Below, piece after piece: positions 25,221 to 38,727 of a stretch of DNA of 64,000 bases. The position numbers and the translations under genes are program-made. The first letter of the stretch is position 1. Every line of letters begins with the position of its first letter. This DNA is from Mobula hypostoma (lineage: Eukaryota). The notes under the pieces are model-generated. The model saw only the letters and a list, made by a program, of their open reading frames with translations, did not search any database and had not been told where the DNA came from. The DNA lies in the NCBI RefSeq assembly GCF_963921235.1, contig NC_086097.1:221590001-221654000 (forward strand), read 5' to 3'.

Positions 25221-26484
25221 TCTAATTTTAACTTGAATCAAGACAGCACATGCTTGACATGGAGCTCACCATCTGGGCTGCATGGTCATGAAAGACTGTA
25301 CTGAGTGAGAAGAGGAAAGGCCCCCGCCCCCGCCCCCCATCTCCACATCATCATTACTCTTTAATACAGTGTGTAAGCTTCTACAAAATGGACGTCTGCA
25401 ACTTACCAAGGGTTTTTGAAAGTATCAGGAAAACCTATAATGCCTAGCAATTAGGTAGAGCAATTAGCAATTAGGTAATAATGATCACATGGGTGCACCA
25501 CCGCTTACAAGTCTGTCACAATGGTACAAGCCTTCTTATTTGGAAATATATACTCCCCCTAAGTCACTGGGTCAAGATCCTATATTTCCTTGCGTAAACC
25601 TATTGCGTGATTCTTTTCTCTGCTATCATCTTCTTAAAAGCAAATATCCATGGACAATCCATTGCTACTGCCATTCCAGTAATGGTCTCATTGTACAAAT
25701 GAATAAGATCAAAAAATAAGTTACCCACCTCAGTTTCAGTATTACTTTTCCTCTGTTACTGATCATCTTAGTGTCATCTTAGCCACGGTTTATGAATACA
25801 ATATCCAACCAAATCATCGGTCCAATCAAAATCTGATTGTTCATTCTAAATTATTTAGTCCAGATGTATAAGTAATTGCTTAGGTAAATGTTCAGATTGC
25901 AGTCTCCTGTCAGTATATCAAATTTAAAATGATACAGAAATAAGTCTTACATCTAACGGAGAATAAAATGCCAAAGGGAAGGGGACTGGACACAAGGAGG
26001 AATGTAGATAGAGGAGAGATTCCAGTGCAACAACCAGGTCCACCACCGCTTTGTACTTAGGCTGGTTGCAGGAGATGTTGACCATCTATATTGATGTATG
26101 TTAGCAATATTTCAGCACAGTTTTCCCAGGCTCCCTGAACCTTGACATTGAAAGCAAGGCAAGAACACAAGAGCAATTATTAAGTATAATGAAAGTATAT
26201 GTGCTCAACATGATCTTAACCTCTAATGAAGTCTGTTGCAAAATGTGAGGATTATCCATGTGAATGACAAGGACCTCGAAAGAAATATTTGTAGGTAGTA
26301 GAAGTGCCCTTCACATACTGTCCCTGGAACATTCTAAAACCATTGATGCAGGCTCCACCAGTCATTAACCACAAGTCTAAATCCTGAAAGACTATCACCC
26401 TTAAAACAATATGTTCATAACATATTAGAAATACTACATTTCTTCTCTTTATAAAACTGATTTCATTTACTTTCAAGATGTACA

Positions 26485-27852
26485 CTGGGCATTTGTATTA
26501 AAAATCTTAGCTATTGGATGGAGGAGGATAACGTTTCGTCATGGAAAAGTATAGAACAAGAGCTAATAGCACCAATAAGGTTGAAGGACTTTCTCCTTGT
26601 AGGTATGTCTACCAAAAAATGTGATTTGTATTATGGTCCAATTTTAACCCATATGCTACAAGTGTTTAGAGCAGCAGGAACATTTCTAAAACTTAAAAGC
26701 GTATGGTGCAAATCATCTCCATTATGGAACAATAATCATCTTCTATCTGGGGGAAACCATTCACTAACAGAACTTGGGAGGATAAAGGTATTACTACTCT
26801 TCAAGATTTTAATGGGGCAAGTACTATCTTTAGCTTTCAAGAACCGGTATCTGGATATAATATTGATAAACACTCTCTTTTCTTCTACTTTAGAGTACGA
26901 TCAGCTTGTAAAGCCTATGGGTTTCTCTGGGGGTTAGACTTAAAGGACCATCCCATTTAAGTTGGATACAGAATGCTCCAGGACAGATAGTGTCATATAT
27001 CTATAATAAATTAAACTCCCAGAAATATATGCCCATATCAGGAGTGAAAACCTGGGATAGGGACATATCTGAATTGGGACAAGACTTAGACTGGGATGTG
27101 ATTTGGGATAATGCTGCCAGTGCTTCGAAAAACCCAAATCATCGGTATATACACTTGAAATTTTGTCATAGAGCATATTTAACACCGAGAATTAGACATC
27201 AAGTGGGACTGGTTCCTGACCCATATTGCTCATTTTGCCCCCACAGAGCCATTGGCTCTTTTATACATGTTGTATGGGAATGTCCAAGGGTTTTTGGTTT
27301 GTGGGGGAAGGTTATCAGTCCACTACAGAACTAACGGGTGTACAATTACCAATGGACCCGACTGTACATCTTCTAAATGATGACTCCCACCTTTCCCTTA
27401 CAGATAAAAACATGCAAAGTCTGGCTGGCAGGCCTGACTGCAGCTAAGAAGGTTGTGGTCCAGCGTTGGAAACCTCCCCATGATATTTCAAATACTCACT
27501 GGCTTCAGAGCTTTTTGGACATTTCTTACCTGGAACTTTCATCAGCAAGAGTAAATGATGCACGACCAAACACAATCTTAATGTGGACAAATTTGATATC
27601 TAACTTAAAGGAGCTTCTGTTAAAATAGGAATGCTCTGTCTGTGTATGCACTACTATTCAGTTGGTTGGTGGAGGGGTGAGGGGTGGAGGGGGCGAGGGG
27701 TGGAGAGGGGGGTGAGGATGAGGATGAGGGGTGGAGGGGGGATGGTGATGAAGGTTGGGGGGTGGCTGGGTTAAACAGTCAAAATATAATGGGCAACTGG
27801 TTGTATTGAATGTAATTTGTTGGTGCTGCAATAAAAAAACTAGTGATAAAAA
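26485..27852 (+). mobile_element. 5'-truncated L1/Tx1-like LINE
   Basis: KFCHRAYLTP...CSFCP...HVVWECP C-terminal motif, G-rich 3'UTR, AATAAA and poly(A), and a 10-bp TSD aagatgtaca (26475-26484, 27853-27862). Confidence 0.85.
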
Positions 27853-30800
27853 AAGATGTACAGATTTAACTAAGTATTAGACTTTCACTCTCTGATTATT
27901 GCAGTAGTGTTGGTTTTATGCTTTTTGAACATACATTACTGAATCCATTTCTGAACTCAATGATATTGTTAAAACTTGTTCCTGTCATAAGTACTACACA
28001 GTTATCTTGAATCTGTTACAAACCAATGCCATTGCTGGCGAACCCACGGGGTGCTACCTTGCATGACGCACCCTCCGATCAATTCAGTAATACTGTTCCA
28101 CATCATTGAAGAACGTAGTTGATCCTTTATTAGCAGCTAGCACTACAAACAATCTTGAAGTGAAGCAAATAAGTGAAAGTAAGTGTAATTAAGAAGTGTA
28201 ATTAAGCAGTCAACGAAAGATATGACATCCGTCAATCCACAGTTCTAAAGCTGCCCAGAATAAAGCATAAGTATGTAACTTATTTCCTTTGCTTTTACCA
28301 CATCCCTACCCACGTTACAAGTTACCATAATAAACATAATAAGAGTGCAACACAGAATGCAATGCAGATAGAAAACAGATGCATAGCTCCTAAAACTTTG
28401 ACAAACTTCTATACATGAGCAGTCGAGAGAATACTGATAGGTTGCATCACTGACTGGTGTTGAAACATCAATATCCTTGAATGGAAAATCCTGTAAAAAG
28501 TATTAGGTACGGCCTTGGGATTGGGTTGTGTTCAAAGGAATCTCATAATTAGGGCTGCAGGGAGAAATGTAGCTTCATGATAGTATGTTGGTCCAACTTC
28601 CAAAGTATTTCAGAGATATGTTCTACTGATGTTGATTCTTCACTGAATCAATGGTATCTATCAAAATTTGATCTGCTGCTCCTCATCATCCTTTTTACAA
28701 GTACAGTTGCTTTATAGAGATAATTAGAATCAAAAGAAGTGTCTTTATTTGGTTTTAATCATCTTTGCTTCAACATTTGCTGAAATCCTTTTATATTAAC
28801 TTTTATCTTTTAAAGTTTAAGAGAGTGTACGTTTCTGTCTATGCTGACCCATTGTTTGTACAGGCACACAAATCAATTGGATTTATGCTTGCAGGTGGTT
28901 GTGACCTTTTGGACATTATACTGGTATAATGCCGAGGATTATTAATGGTATTGCTCATGTGTGCTATGAATCAATAAAATAAATGAAACCAAGGGTTTCT
29001 ATCATAAATTCCTTTCCCACAAATGTTTCATGGGTTTTAAGTTGAATTTATGTGAAAAATACATAGCTGAAATAAGCAATAAACTATTCTTTAAAAAGAA
29101 AAACTTTGGAAACAGTATAAAGTGCCATCTTGCAATTTCAGAAAATTGCTCCTAATTGCACTATAAGTCCAGCAACAAGCTCCCCGAGAATGCAAAAAGA
29201 ACACTGCTATTTTAAATTATTGTCCATTTTCATTCTTTCAGTACTTTAGCTTGCATGTTGTCATATTTAATGTTAACAGCTCAACTGAGATGAATGGATT
29301 TATTATATTAGCACAAACAAAGTATACTGTATTATAATATTTATAACTTGAGGTTAAAGAAGATAGATAGGATATTATTTTGTTTAGATTCAGTGATATT
29401 AGACTTGCTTGGTCACAACTTTCTTCATTTAGATTGAAAAAATAAGCAAGAACCACTTTGATATCATGGAGTAGATAGATTTCCAATAAAAAATAAAAAG
29501 AACATCTGTTTTCCATTTAGGTTGCACTCAACTGGTCGTTAAAAACTATTGACTGATTATTTTAGATCTCTTTTCCAACAAATACTCAGACACCTTTCTC
29601 AGTATTATACTAACTCAAGCATGCAGCTTTAAGTACATAAAAGACAACTTGGCATTCCAGTGAAGGAAACAAGAAAATAGTTGTAAATCAGGGCGTCCAA
29701 CTTCTTCTGAATTTTATTTGAGATATTCTATAATCATAATCTATAAACATAAGTCTGATGCAAATGTCTTACAGCTATTGCAGATGTTTCAACCACATTA
29801 CAAGTAACAATACATGAATTGAATTAAATGGAACAAGCTATGATCCTGGATGCAAAGTCTTCAGGAAATAAACAATGTTCAGAGTTATAAATATTAATTC
29901 AGATTTTGTTTCGTAAAACATGCTTGGTTTCCACAGCAGGTTTGATTATGCCAAATAAGTGAGAGAATATAGTACAAATTGATCTACCATACCGTTCCAC
30001 TTGAATAGCATTTATAACTCACCAACATTTTTATGTTGCCTGTAACTAATCCATATAGCTATTGCAGAACGGTACAAGGGAGTCATTGAAAATGTAATTT
30101 TTATTTTCTTAAGAAATAATTTAATAACATTGGAATGCCACAGATTTGTGGACACAAGTTCTCTAAATCCAGCTCTGTCATAAGTAAAGCCAAAATACAT
30201 TCACTAATGGTCAACAATATAATTGCAGAAACAGAACATTATCATGGTCAGGCAGATAGCCTGTGCCATACAGATAAATTGGAAGCATCCATCTGAAAAC
30301 AGTCCAGAAACTTAGAACAATGACCATCCAGCAGAGGACACAAACATTAAAACATAAAAATAAACTAAATTATCTTCTATCTGTAGAGATTAATTGGATG
30401 GAGCAGAGAAATGAGTAAGTCCCATCTGGGATTAATTACTTTCCCTGAATACAGATCATTTGGTCCTTTTCTATACACAAATCTGACCTTGAATCATTTC
30501 TCAGCTGGCAAGAGTTCCATTGCACCTAACAAATAGTTAATTGCTGCAAACCATAAACATAAGAAAAACCTGCATTATTTGGCCACCTTGCCCTTTGAAT
30601 CTGCTTCACCATTCAAAAAGATAGTGGTTTATCTTCTTCTTCAACTTTAGTGTGCTTCCTGATTCCTCCTGATTTCCTTTTCCCATTTTAACTATTAACA
30701 TATTCAAGCAGGTCCATGGCTTTCTGGGATCCCTAGGATCATGAGCCTTTGCATGAAGAAATTTTTTTTTGCTATCAATTCTACAGTAAATGTCCATTCC

Positions 30801-31089
30801 CTAATCCCAAGATTTAGCTCCAGACTTCATAGTCAAACAACAAATCAGCATCCAGCCTGTGAAGATCTTTCAGAATGATATGTGCTTCAATGAGATTACC
30901 TCTTAGTTATCTAATTGCAGAAGAATATAGCCCTATTCTACAATTGCTTTTGAAATCATTGGACTCCCTATAATTGCAGAACAACTGTGTTCCACAAACA
31001 CGAAGCCAAATATGGCCTTTCTGAAAAGAGACCATTACTTTTCCCATTACAATAATGATTTCATCAAATTCTTTGTAATTATAGAAAGA

Positions 31090-31275
31090 TTTCAAAGATC
31101 ACAGTAAATTTATTATCAAAGTACATATATCACCATATATTACCCTGAAATTTATTTTCTTGTGGGTATTCACAGTAAATACAAACATCACAATAGAATC
31201 AATGAAAAAATGCATCCAATAGACAAATAACCAATATGCAAAAGATAAACTATGCAAATACAAAAAAAGAAAAAC

Positions 31276-31309
<34 letters not shown>

Positions 31310-31535
31310 GAAGCAATAAATATCAGGAACGAGTTGTAGAGCCCTTAAAAGTGAGTCTAAAGGTTGTGGAATCAGTTCAGTGTTGGGGTGAGAGAAGTTA
31401 TACCCCCGTCTGGTTCAAGAGCCTCACGGTTGAGGGGTAAGAACTGGTCCTGAACCTGGTGACGTGGGACTCAAGGCAGCTGAATCTCCCTCCTGATGGC
31501 AGCAAACAAAGAAAGCATGTCTTGGATGATAGGGG
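31090..31535 (-). mobile_element. Rex1-type 3' end containing an (AAT)n microsatellite (about 31277-31308)
   Basis: Same tail as 19050-19310. Confidence 0.7.
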
Positions 31536-31539
31536 TCAT

Positions 31540-33275
31540 TGATACCATGCACAAACCCACAAGGAAGCTCAAATCTCAGCATAAGCGGGACAAAGATGAC
31601 CTGGGACTCAGGACGGCTGTGGTTTACAGGATTCCCTGTGAATGTGGAGCAGTGTATATCAGCCAGATGGGATGCACGGGGGAAACCCACATCAAGGAGC
31701 ACAGGAGGTGCATCCTTTTGGGTTACCTGGAGAAATGGGCAGTAGCAGAACATTGCATTTGCAATGGTCATAGGATTGACTTTGACAGAAGAAAACTACA
31801 GTGCTGTGCCATTGGCTTTTGGGACCACCTGGTGAAGGAAGCTATTGAAATAAAACTAGAGGAAAAGAATTTTAACAAAGATGGAAGTCTCACTCTAAGT
31901 AAGAACTGGAATTTGAATTTACTCCCATTTGGATAAGCAGGGCAGTAGAGTGAGGACCATGTTTTTTGATTTCTCAAGTGCCTTCAATAGCATACAGTCC
32001 TCATTGCTGGGGGAAAAGCTCCATTCAATACAGTTTAGCACTTCCATCGTATCCTGGATAATGGACTACCTGACCTGCCCACCACAGTTCGTGTGGCTTC
32101 AGAACTGTGTCAAACATAGCTGTAAGCAGCACTGGGGCCCCACAGTGGACGGTATTGGCTCCCTTTCTGTTTACCCTGCATACCTCAGATTTAGGCACCA
32201 CTCTGATTCATGTCATCTGCAGAAATTCTCTGATGACTCAGCAATAGTTGGGTGTATAAAGGGAGGACAAGTGGATGAATAAAGGGCCCTGGTAGAGAAC
32301 TTGGTCATATGGTGCAAGCGGAATCATTTGCAGCTCAGCATCATTAAGACAAAGGAGATGGTGATGGACTTTAGGAAGACTAAGCCTGCACTGCTCCCTG
32401 TTATTATTGATGGTGAGGACCTACAAGTACCTAGGGGTGCACCTGGATGATGACTTGAGTGAAGCACCAACACAGAGGCTGTGTACAAGAAAGGCCAGAG
32501 TCACCTCTATTTCCTGAGGAGACTGAGGTCCTTTGGAGTATGCAGGCCTCTCCTTCACATGTTCTTCCAGTCTGTGGTTGACAGTATAATTTATGCGGTG
32601 ATGTGCTGGGGCAATGGGTGATGCTAATAGGCTCAATAAACTGATTAGGAAGGCTGGCTCTGTTATAGGAGTCAAACTGAAGGTTGTGGTAGAACAAAGG
32701 ACCCTACAGTAAATCTTGGCAATTCTGGACAATATTTCTCACCCTCTGCATGCCTCCTTGGCTGAACAGAGGAGAACTTGTAGTAATAGACTAAGACACC
32801 TCCGCTGTTCCAAAGAGTGCTACATGGGGTCATTCTTACCCTCGGCCATTAGGCTCTATAATGAATCAACCTATTGCCTGGGAAATGATGACCCCCTCTT
32901 GTTAGACTATTTGAGGTTACTTATTTTTTATTCTTTTTTTACTTCTCTTCTAATATATGTATACTTGTGCATTTGTAATGCTACTGTGACATTGTAATTT
33001 CCTTTGGGATCAATAAAGTATCTGTGTATCTATCTCTCTATCTATCTAAACAAAGAGAGACACCAAAACTTGATAGGATGAGGACAAACCAATCAGGATT
33101 GATGGATGATGGGGTTATAAATACCATCGGACGAGACATGCCCAGACATCATCCCTGATGAAGATAGCAGAGTTTGTCATTGAAATCTCGGTTAAAATTG
33201 ATACCTGTATCAATCTGGAAGCCGGAGAAGAGTTTATTTGTCATATACACCAGGAAAACACTAGATCCTTGTTGA
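31540..33275 (+). mobile_element. Penelope-like GIY-YIG/3' fragment split by a Rex1 insertion
   Basis: VVYRIPCECGAVYISQMG...IKEHRR...AVAEH...KEAIEI...NFNKD (31540-31912). The PLE 3' part resumes at about 33050 with a CTGATGA...GAAA motif. Confidence 0.8.
31913..33048 (+). mobile_element. Rex1/Babar LINE RT to 3' fragment
   Basis: MFFDFSSAFNSI, WIMDYLT, KFSDDSAIVG and SFLPSAIRLYN motifs; AATAAA + (TATC)n tail. Confidence 0.85.
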
Positions 33276-33371
33276 TTTTATAATCTGGGGTTATGAATTA
33301 ATTTGAAACGCTGTAGCAAGCATATAAATGTGATATGCCTTAAATTTGCCTTTTGAAATTGAAGAATTCTA

Positions 33372-35057
33372 GTGTTCATTCGTAAGGCCAGTGATGTAAT
33401 TGTAATGGGAGATAAGGAGATGGCGGAGGAACTGAATGAGTATTTTGCATCAGTCTTCACTGAGGAAGACATTAGCAGTATACCAGACACTCAAGGGTGG
33501 CAGGGAAGAGAAGTGTGCGCAGTCACAATTACGACAGAGAAAGTACTCAGGAAGCTGAATAGTCTAAGGGTAGATAAATCTCCTGGACCAGGTGGAATGC
33601 ACCCTCGTGTTCTGAAGGAAGTAGCTGTGGAGATTGCAGAGGCATTAGCGATGATCTTTCAGAAGTCGATAGATTCTGGCATGGTTCCGGAGGACTGGAA
33701 GATTGAAAATGTCACTCCGCTATTTAAGAAGGGGGCAAGGAAGCAAAAAGGAAATTATAGACCTGTTAGCTTGACATCTGTGGTTGGGAAGTTGTTGGAG
33801 TCGATTGTCAAGGATGAGGTTACAGAGTACCTGGAGGCATATGACAAGAAAGGCAGAACTCAGCATGGATTCCTTAAAGGAAAATCCTGCCTGACAAACC
33901 TATTACAATTTTTTGAGGAAGTTACCAGTAGGCTAGACAAGGGAGATGTTGTATATTTGGATTTTCAGAAGGCCTTTGACAAGGTGCCACACATGAGGCT
34001 ACTTAACAAGGTAAGAGTCCATGGAATTACAGGAAAGTTACATACGTGGATAGAGCGTTGGCTGATTGGCAGGAAACAGAGAGTGGGAATAAAGGGATCC
34101 TATTCTGGTTGGCTGCCGGTTACCAGTGGTGTTCCACAGGGGTCCGTGTTGGGGCCACTTCTTTTTACATTGTACATCAACGATTTGGATTATGGAATAG
34201 ATGGCTTTGTGGCTGAGTTTGCTGATGATACAAAGATAGGTGGAGGGGTCGGTAGTGCGGAGGAAACGGAGAGTCTGCAGAGAGACTTGGATGGATTGGA
34301 AGAATGGGCAGAGAAGTGGCAAATGAAGTACAATGTTGGAAAGTGTATGGTTATGCACTTTGGCAGAAAAAATAAACGGGCAGACTATTATTTAAATGGG
34401 GAAAGAATTCAAAGTTCGGAGATGCAGCGGGACTTGGGAGTCCTCGTACAGGATACCCTTAAAGTTAACCTTCAGGTTGAGTCAGTAGTGAAGAAGGGGA
34501 ATGCAATGTTGGCATTCATTTCTAGAGGAATAGAGTATAGGAGCAGGGATGTGATGTTGAGGCTCTATAAGGCGCTGGTGAGACCTCACTTGGAGTACTG
34601 TGGGCAGTTTTGGTCTCCTTATTTAGGAAAGGATGTGCTGACATTGGAGAGGGTACAGCGAAGATTCACTAGAATGATTCCGGGAATGAGAGGGTTAACA
34701 TATGAGGAACGTTTGTCCGCTCTTGGACTGTATTCCTTGGAGTTTAGAAGAATGAAGGGAGACCTCATAGAAACATTTCGAATATTGAAAGGCATGGACA
34801 GAGTGGATGTGGCAAAGTTGTTTCCCATGGTGGGGGAGTCTAGTATGAGAGGACATGACTTAAGGATTGAAGGGCGCCCATTCAGAACAGAAATGCGAAG
34901 AAATTTTTTTAGTCAGAGGGTGGTGAATCTATGGAATTTGTTGCCACGGGCAGCAGTGAAGGCCAAGTCATTGGGTGTATTTAAGGCAGAGATTGATAGG
35001 TATCTGAGTAGCCAGGGCATCAAAGGTTATGGTGAGAAGGCGGGGGAGTGGGACTAA
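33372..35057 (+). CDS. CR1 ORF2 reverse transcriptase domain, uninterrupted but lacking the endonuclease
   Basis: 561-codon ORF with NYRPVSLTS, QHGF, YLDFQKAFDKV, GVPQGSVLGP and FADD. Confidence 0.8.
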   Translation: MFIRKASDVIVMGDKEMAEELNEYFASVFTEEDISSIPDTQGWQGREVCAVTITTEKVLRKLNSLRVDKSPGPGGMHPRVLKEVAVEIAEALAMIFQKSIDSGMVPEDWKIENVTPLFKKGARKQKGNYRPVSLTSVVGKLLESIVKDEVTEYLEAYDKKGRTQHGFLKGKSCLTNLLQFFEEVTSRLDKGDVVYLDFQKAFDKVPHMRLLNKVRVHGITGKLHTWIERWLIGRKQRVGIKGSYSGWLPVTSGVPQGSVLGPLLFTLYINDLDYGIDGFVAEFADDTKIGGGVGSAEETESLQRDLDGLEEWAEKWQMKYNVGKCMVMHFGRKNKRADYYLNGERIQSSEMQRDLGVLVQDTLKVNLQVESVVKKGNAMLAFISRGIEYRSRDVMLRLYKALVRPHLEYCGQFWSPYLGKDVLTLERVQRRFTRMIPGMRGLTYEERLSALGLYSLEFRRMKGDLIETFRILKGMDRVDVAKLFPMVGESSMRGHDLRIEGRPFRTEMRRNFFSQRVVNLWNLLPRAAVKAKSLGVFKAEIDRYLSSQGIKGYGEKAGEWD

Positions 35058-35145
35058 ATGGGAGAATGGATCAGCTCATGATAAAATGGCGGAGCAGACT
35101 CGATGGGCCGAATGGCCGACTTCTGCTCCTTTGTCTTATGGTCTT
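33398..35145 (+). mobile_element. Young 5'-truncated CR1 LINE inserted in a Rex1 fragment
   Basis: The Rex sequence tcattcgtaaggccagtgatgt|tgtggggatgg is split by the CR1, with ATGT duplicated. Confidence 0.92.
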
Positions 35146-35540
35146 ATGTTGTGGGGATGGAACTTGTCTCTCTGGCGGTGGTGTCTGAAAAGAGGATGCT
35201 GTCCAAGTTGCATGCCATCTTGGACAATGTCTCCCATCCACTACATAATGTACTGGTTGGGCAAAGGAGTACATTCAGCCAGAGACTCATTCCACCGAGA
35301 TGCAACACAGAGCGTCATAGGAAGTCATTCCTGCCTGTGGCCATCAAACGTTACAACTCCTCCTTCGGAGGGTCAGACACCCTGAGCCAATAGGCTGGAC
35401 CTGGACTTATTTCCCGGCATAATTTACATATTACTATTTAACTATTTATGGTTTTATGACTATTTTATTATTTATGGTGCAGCTTTAACGAAAACCAATT
35501 TCCCCCGGGATCAATAAAATATGACCATGATTATGACTAT
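35146..35540 (+). mobile_element. Rex1/Babar 3' fragment (continuation of 33376-33397)
   Basis: Near-identical to 22790-23193 and 63245-63639. Confidence 0.9.
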
Positions 35541-36539
35541 TAATATTGACGGAGAATAACAGTAACTGCAGGCCTCGAAGAGTCAGTAAAGTTATTGGAA
35601 TATGGTATTTACAGACTGAAACTAAAACATGAATACATAGAAAAATGTGAACTTCTGGTTTTTCTGAAAGGTTATGTACAGGTGCTCCTACTATAAATAA
35701 GAACAGGGGAGGAAAATCAACAATGGAATGTCAGTGAAAAGGCCGCTTGTATGCAGTTGTTTGTGCCAAAGAGAAGGAGTTAGCTATGATTGTGAAACTT
35801 TTACAAACTATAAACTTCTGTGCAGTGGCTGAAGAATTCAATGGCCTTACTAAGACAGCGAAGGTAAGTGTGTTTTAACATTAGTTGACTAATTCACAGA
35901 GAAACAAAAGAGTACTAGGCCAATAAATGAAATAGCTACCAGGGAAGGTCACAGATGTTTGATACTCTATAGCGGGTGGCCTCCTTCCTGATTCCCCAAT
36001 GCCCTTCCGCAAAGCAAATCAGGAGTGGAATGGACTACTCTATCACCACACAACACATTCAACATCATTCAGGATAAATCTGGCCACTGATCAACTTATT
36101 CCTTTCATAATCTATGTACAGTGATGTGGTGTGCACCGTCTACCGCCTTCACTGGGATCACTTCCCAAACCTACAAACTCTGTAACCAAGGGCAAGGGTA
36201 ACATTGCGTGATTCTCCTCCAGGGTATACTGCACAGCTCTCCAGGAAATGCATCATCGTTCTTTTATTGTTGATGGGCCCAAGTCATGTAGTGCCCTACC
36301 TGACAACATTTCAGGAGAATCTTCACCAGAAGTACTGATGTGGTTTCAAAATGCAGTTCAACGTCTTGTTACATTAATTATTGACAAGGAATGTGAATAT
36401 ATCCTGTAAAATAAATGAAAAGCTCCGAATAACAATAGCAAGTTGCTTCAGGACATTAACATAAAGAAGTTAAATCGATGGATAATAAAGAGTGCAAGCT
36501 AAGCCTCACATGAAATAGGGTTTGTTGAGCACTTCAGTG

Positions 36540-36776
36540 TTGGGCACATGGCCAAGTGGTTAAGGCGTTCGTCTAGTAATTTCAAGGTCGCTAGTTCGAG
36601 CCTCAGCTGTGGCAGAGTGTTTGTGCCCTTGAGCAAGGCACTTAATCACACATTGCTCTAGTCTGTGTGAGGAGTGGCGCCCCACACAGACTTCCAATCT
36701 GTGCCTTGTAAGGCATGAAAATGCCTGATGCAGGCCTCTCATGGTCTGAGTCGACGTTCCCTCCCTCCCCTCCCTC
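36540..36776 (+). mobile_element. tRNA-derived SINE with CORE-like central domain
   Basis: A box TGGCCAAGTGG, B box GTTCGAGCC, central gtgcccttgagcaaggcacttaa and a (CCCT)n tail. Confidence 0.75.
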
Positions 36777-36924
36777 TGTGGATGCCTTGAATAAGAACGG
36801 AACAAAAGAAACAAAAGCAGGAGAAGGCCATTAAGCCCTTCAATCCTGCTCTGCTGTTCAGCAAAATTATGGCTGATCTGTTTCAACAGCATTTCCCTTC
36901 ACTATCCAATGATCCATTTTAAAT

Positions 36925-37405
36925 ATTATTATGATTATGAGGACAGACAGCCCTCTTTTATTGTCATTTAGTAATGCATGCATTAAGAAATGATACAATG
37001 TTCCTCCGGTGTGGTATCACAGAAACACAAGACAGACCAAGACTCAAAAGCTGACAAAAACCACATAATTATAACATATAGTTACAACAGTGCAAGCAAT
37101 ACCGTAACTTGATGAAGAACAGGCCATGGGCATGGTAAAAAAAGTTCAAAGTCTCTCGAAAGTCCCATAATCTCACGCAGACGGGAGAAGGAAGAAAACT
37201 CCCCCTGCCATGCTTCCGGCGCCACAAACTTGCCGATGCAGCATCCGGGAAGCACCTGACCACAGTGCGACTCTGAGTCGTCTGAAAGCTTTGAGCCTCC
37301 GACCAGCCCTCTGACACCAATCACCGAGCACCATCTCTGCCGAGTGCTTTGACCCCAGCCCCGGCCGCCAGCAATAGGCAAAGCTGAGGATTTGGGGCCT
37401 ACCCA
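36925..37405 (-). mobile_element. Non-autonomous retroposon nested in a CR1 3' fragment (CR1 at about 36790-36910 and 37405-37650)
   Basis: Minus-strand AATAAA near 36960, GC-rich body, CR1-like sequence on both sides. Confidence 0.55.
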
Positions 37406-38727
37406 AATATAATCATGAATCACCCTCCACAGCTCTCTGGGGTAAAGAATTCCAAGGAATCATCATCTTCTGATGGAAGAAATCTCCCCTCATTTAATTT
37501 TTTTAATGGCCTACCTTTTATTTTGAGACCTAATCTTCTCAGGCAGGGAAACAGGTTAAAAAAATGGATTCTTCTAAACACAATCTCTCCTCATAAGAGG
37601 GATTCCAGCATCCCAGGAACCTGTCTGGTGAAATTTTATGTTCCTTTGCTATTTACAACATATTATACAGACAAAGAAACATAGGCACTTTTAACTATTA
37701 CTTTAACTGCCCATTATTAGTCCACTTGGACTCATCCTATCACAGAAATTCCCTTTGTCCTGTTCATCCTTTTGCAAACTTTTCTGCCACTGTATAGCAA
37801 ACTTGTTTTTCTTTCTTTCCCAGTTCTGCAGAAAGGGCCATGGATCTGACATGATCAACAATTTCCCTTTGCACAGATGCTCCCTGACCCACTGTGTTTG
37901 GAGCTATTTCTATTTTTATTCCAAATAATGTTCTCCAATTGAACTAAATGTAAGCAGGAAAGAGTGAAAGGTTATCTCTTAAGAAATCTCTTCAATCTTC
38001 ATCTTTTTCAACCCTTCCTTTTGATGTAGTTCAGATGCAACCTTCAGCCATCAGCTCCTTCACCGGAAATTTACCCAGTGCAAAAAAAGTAGCCAGTGAT
38101 CTAGTATTTTTGATCTCTGCCTTGTTTTCCAACTAATAACTGCCAATATTAAATGTTATTAAATAATAACTTCTATCATTATTAAAGTGCAGTTAGCCAA
38201 AATGGATACAACTGAGTACAATCATGTATTTTAGTCATCATTCGAATAACAAATAAAATTGGACAGGAGAAGAATTCTGAATATTGAGCAATCATTTCTT
38301 AAGAGATGGTATATTTTCCTTTCGAGTGAGCGAGCATTACCTGAGAAAAACCTTTTGATGTGTAGGTTTATGTGTAAGATATATGTGCAATGTAAATAAG
38401 AAACAGCAGATGGAGTACTGAAACATGGGAAAGGTGGAATCATGAATATAACCCCGTTTTGGACAGAGTCTCTGGAAGATTTGTTGACAATTTTGGAAGG
38501 TCCTGCAAAACAAATGAAAACTTAGCCCGGTTATGAATTTAGTCTGTTATATCACTTTATGGTCACTTGATTTGTTGTAGAGTACTCCTGAAAATTGTGC
38601 ATAATCACAATATCCACTAAAGATATGCAAAGGAGTCATCTTCTGGTGCTTTTACACTTTAATTATGTGTTAATTATTATTCAGTAAGGACTTGTTTTCA
38701 TGATTTATAATTAAGTATGCACTAAGA

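Noticed and set aside
36543..36612. tRNA gene
   Set aside because: It has A and B boxes but a poor cloverleaf, and runs into a SINE body and tail.
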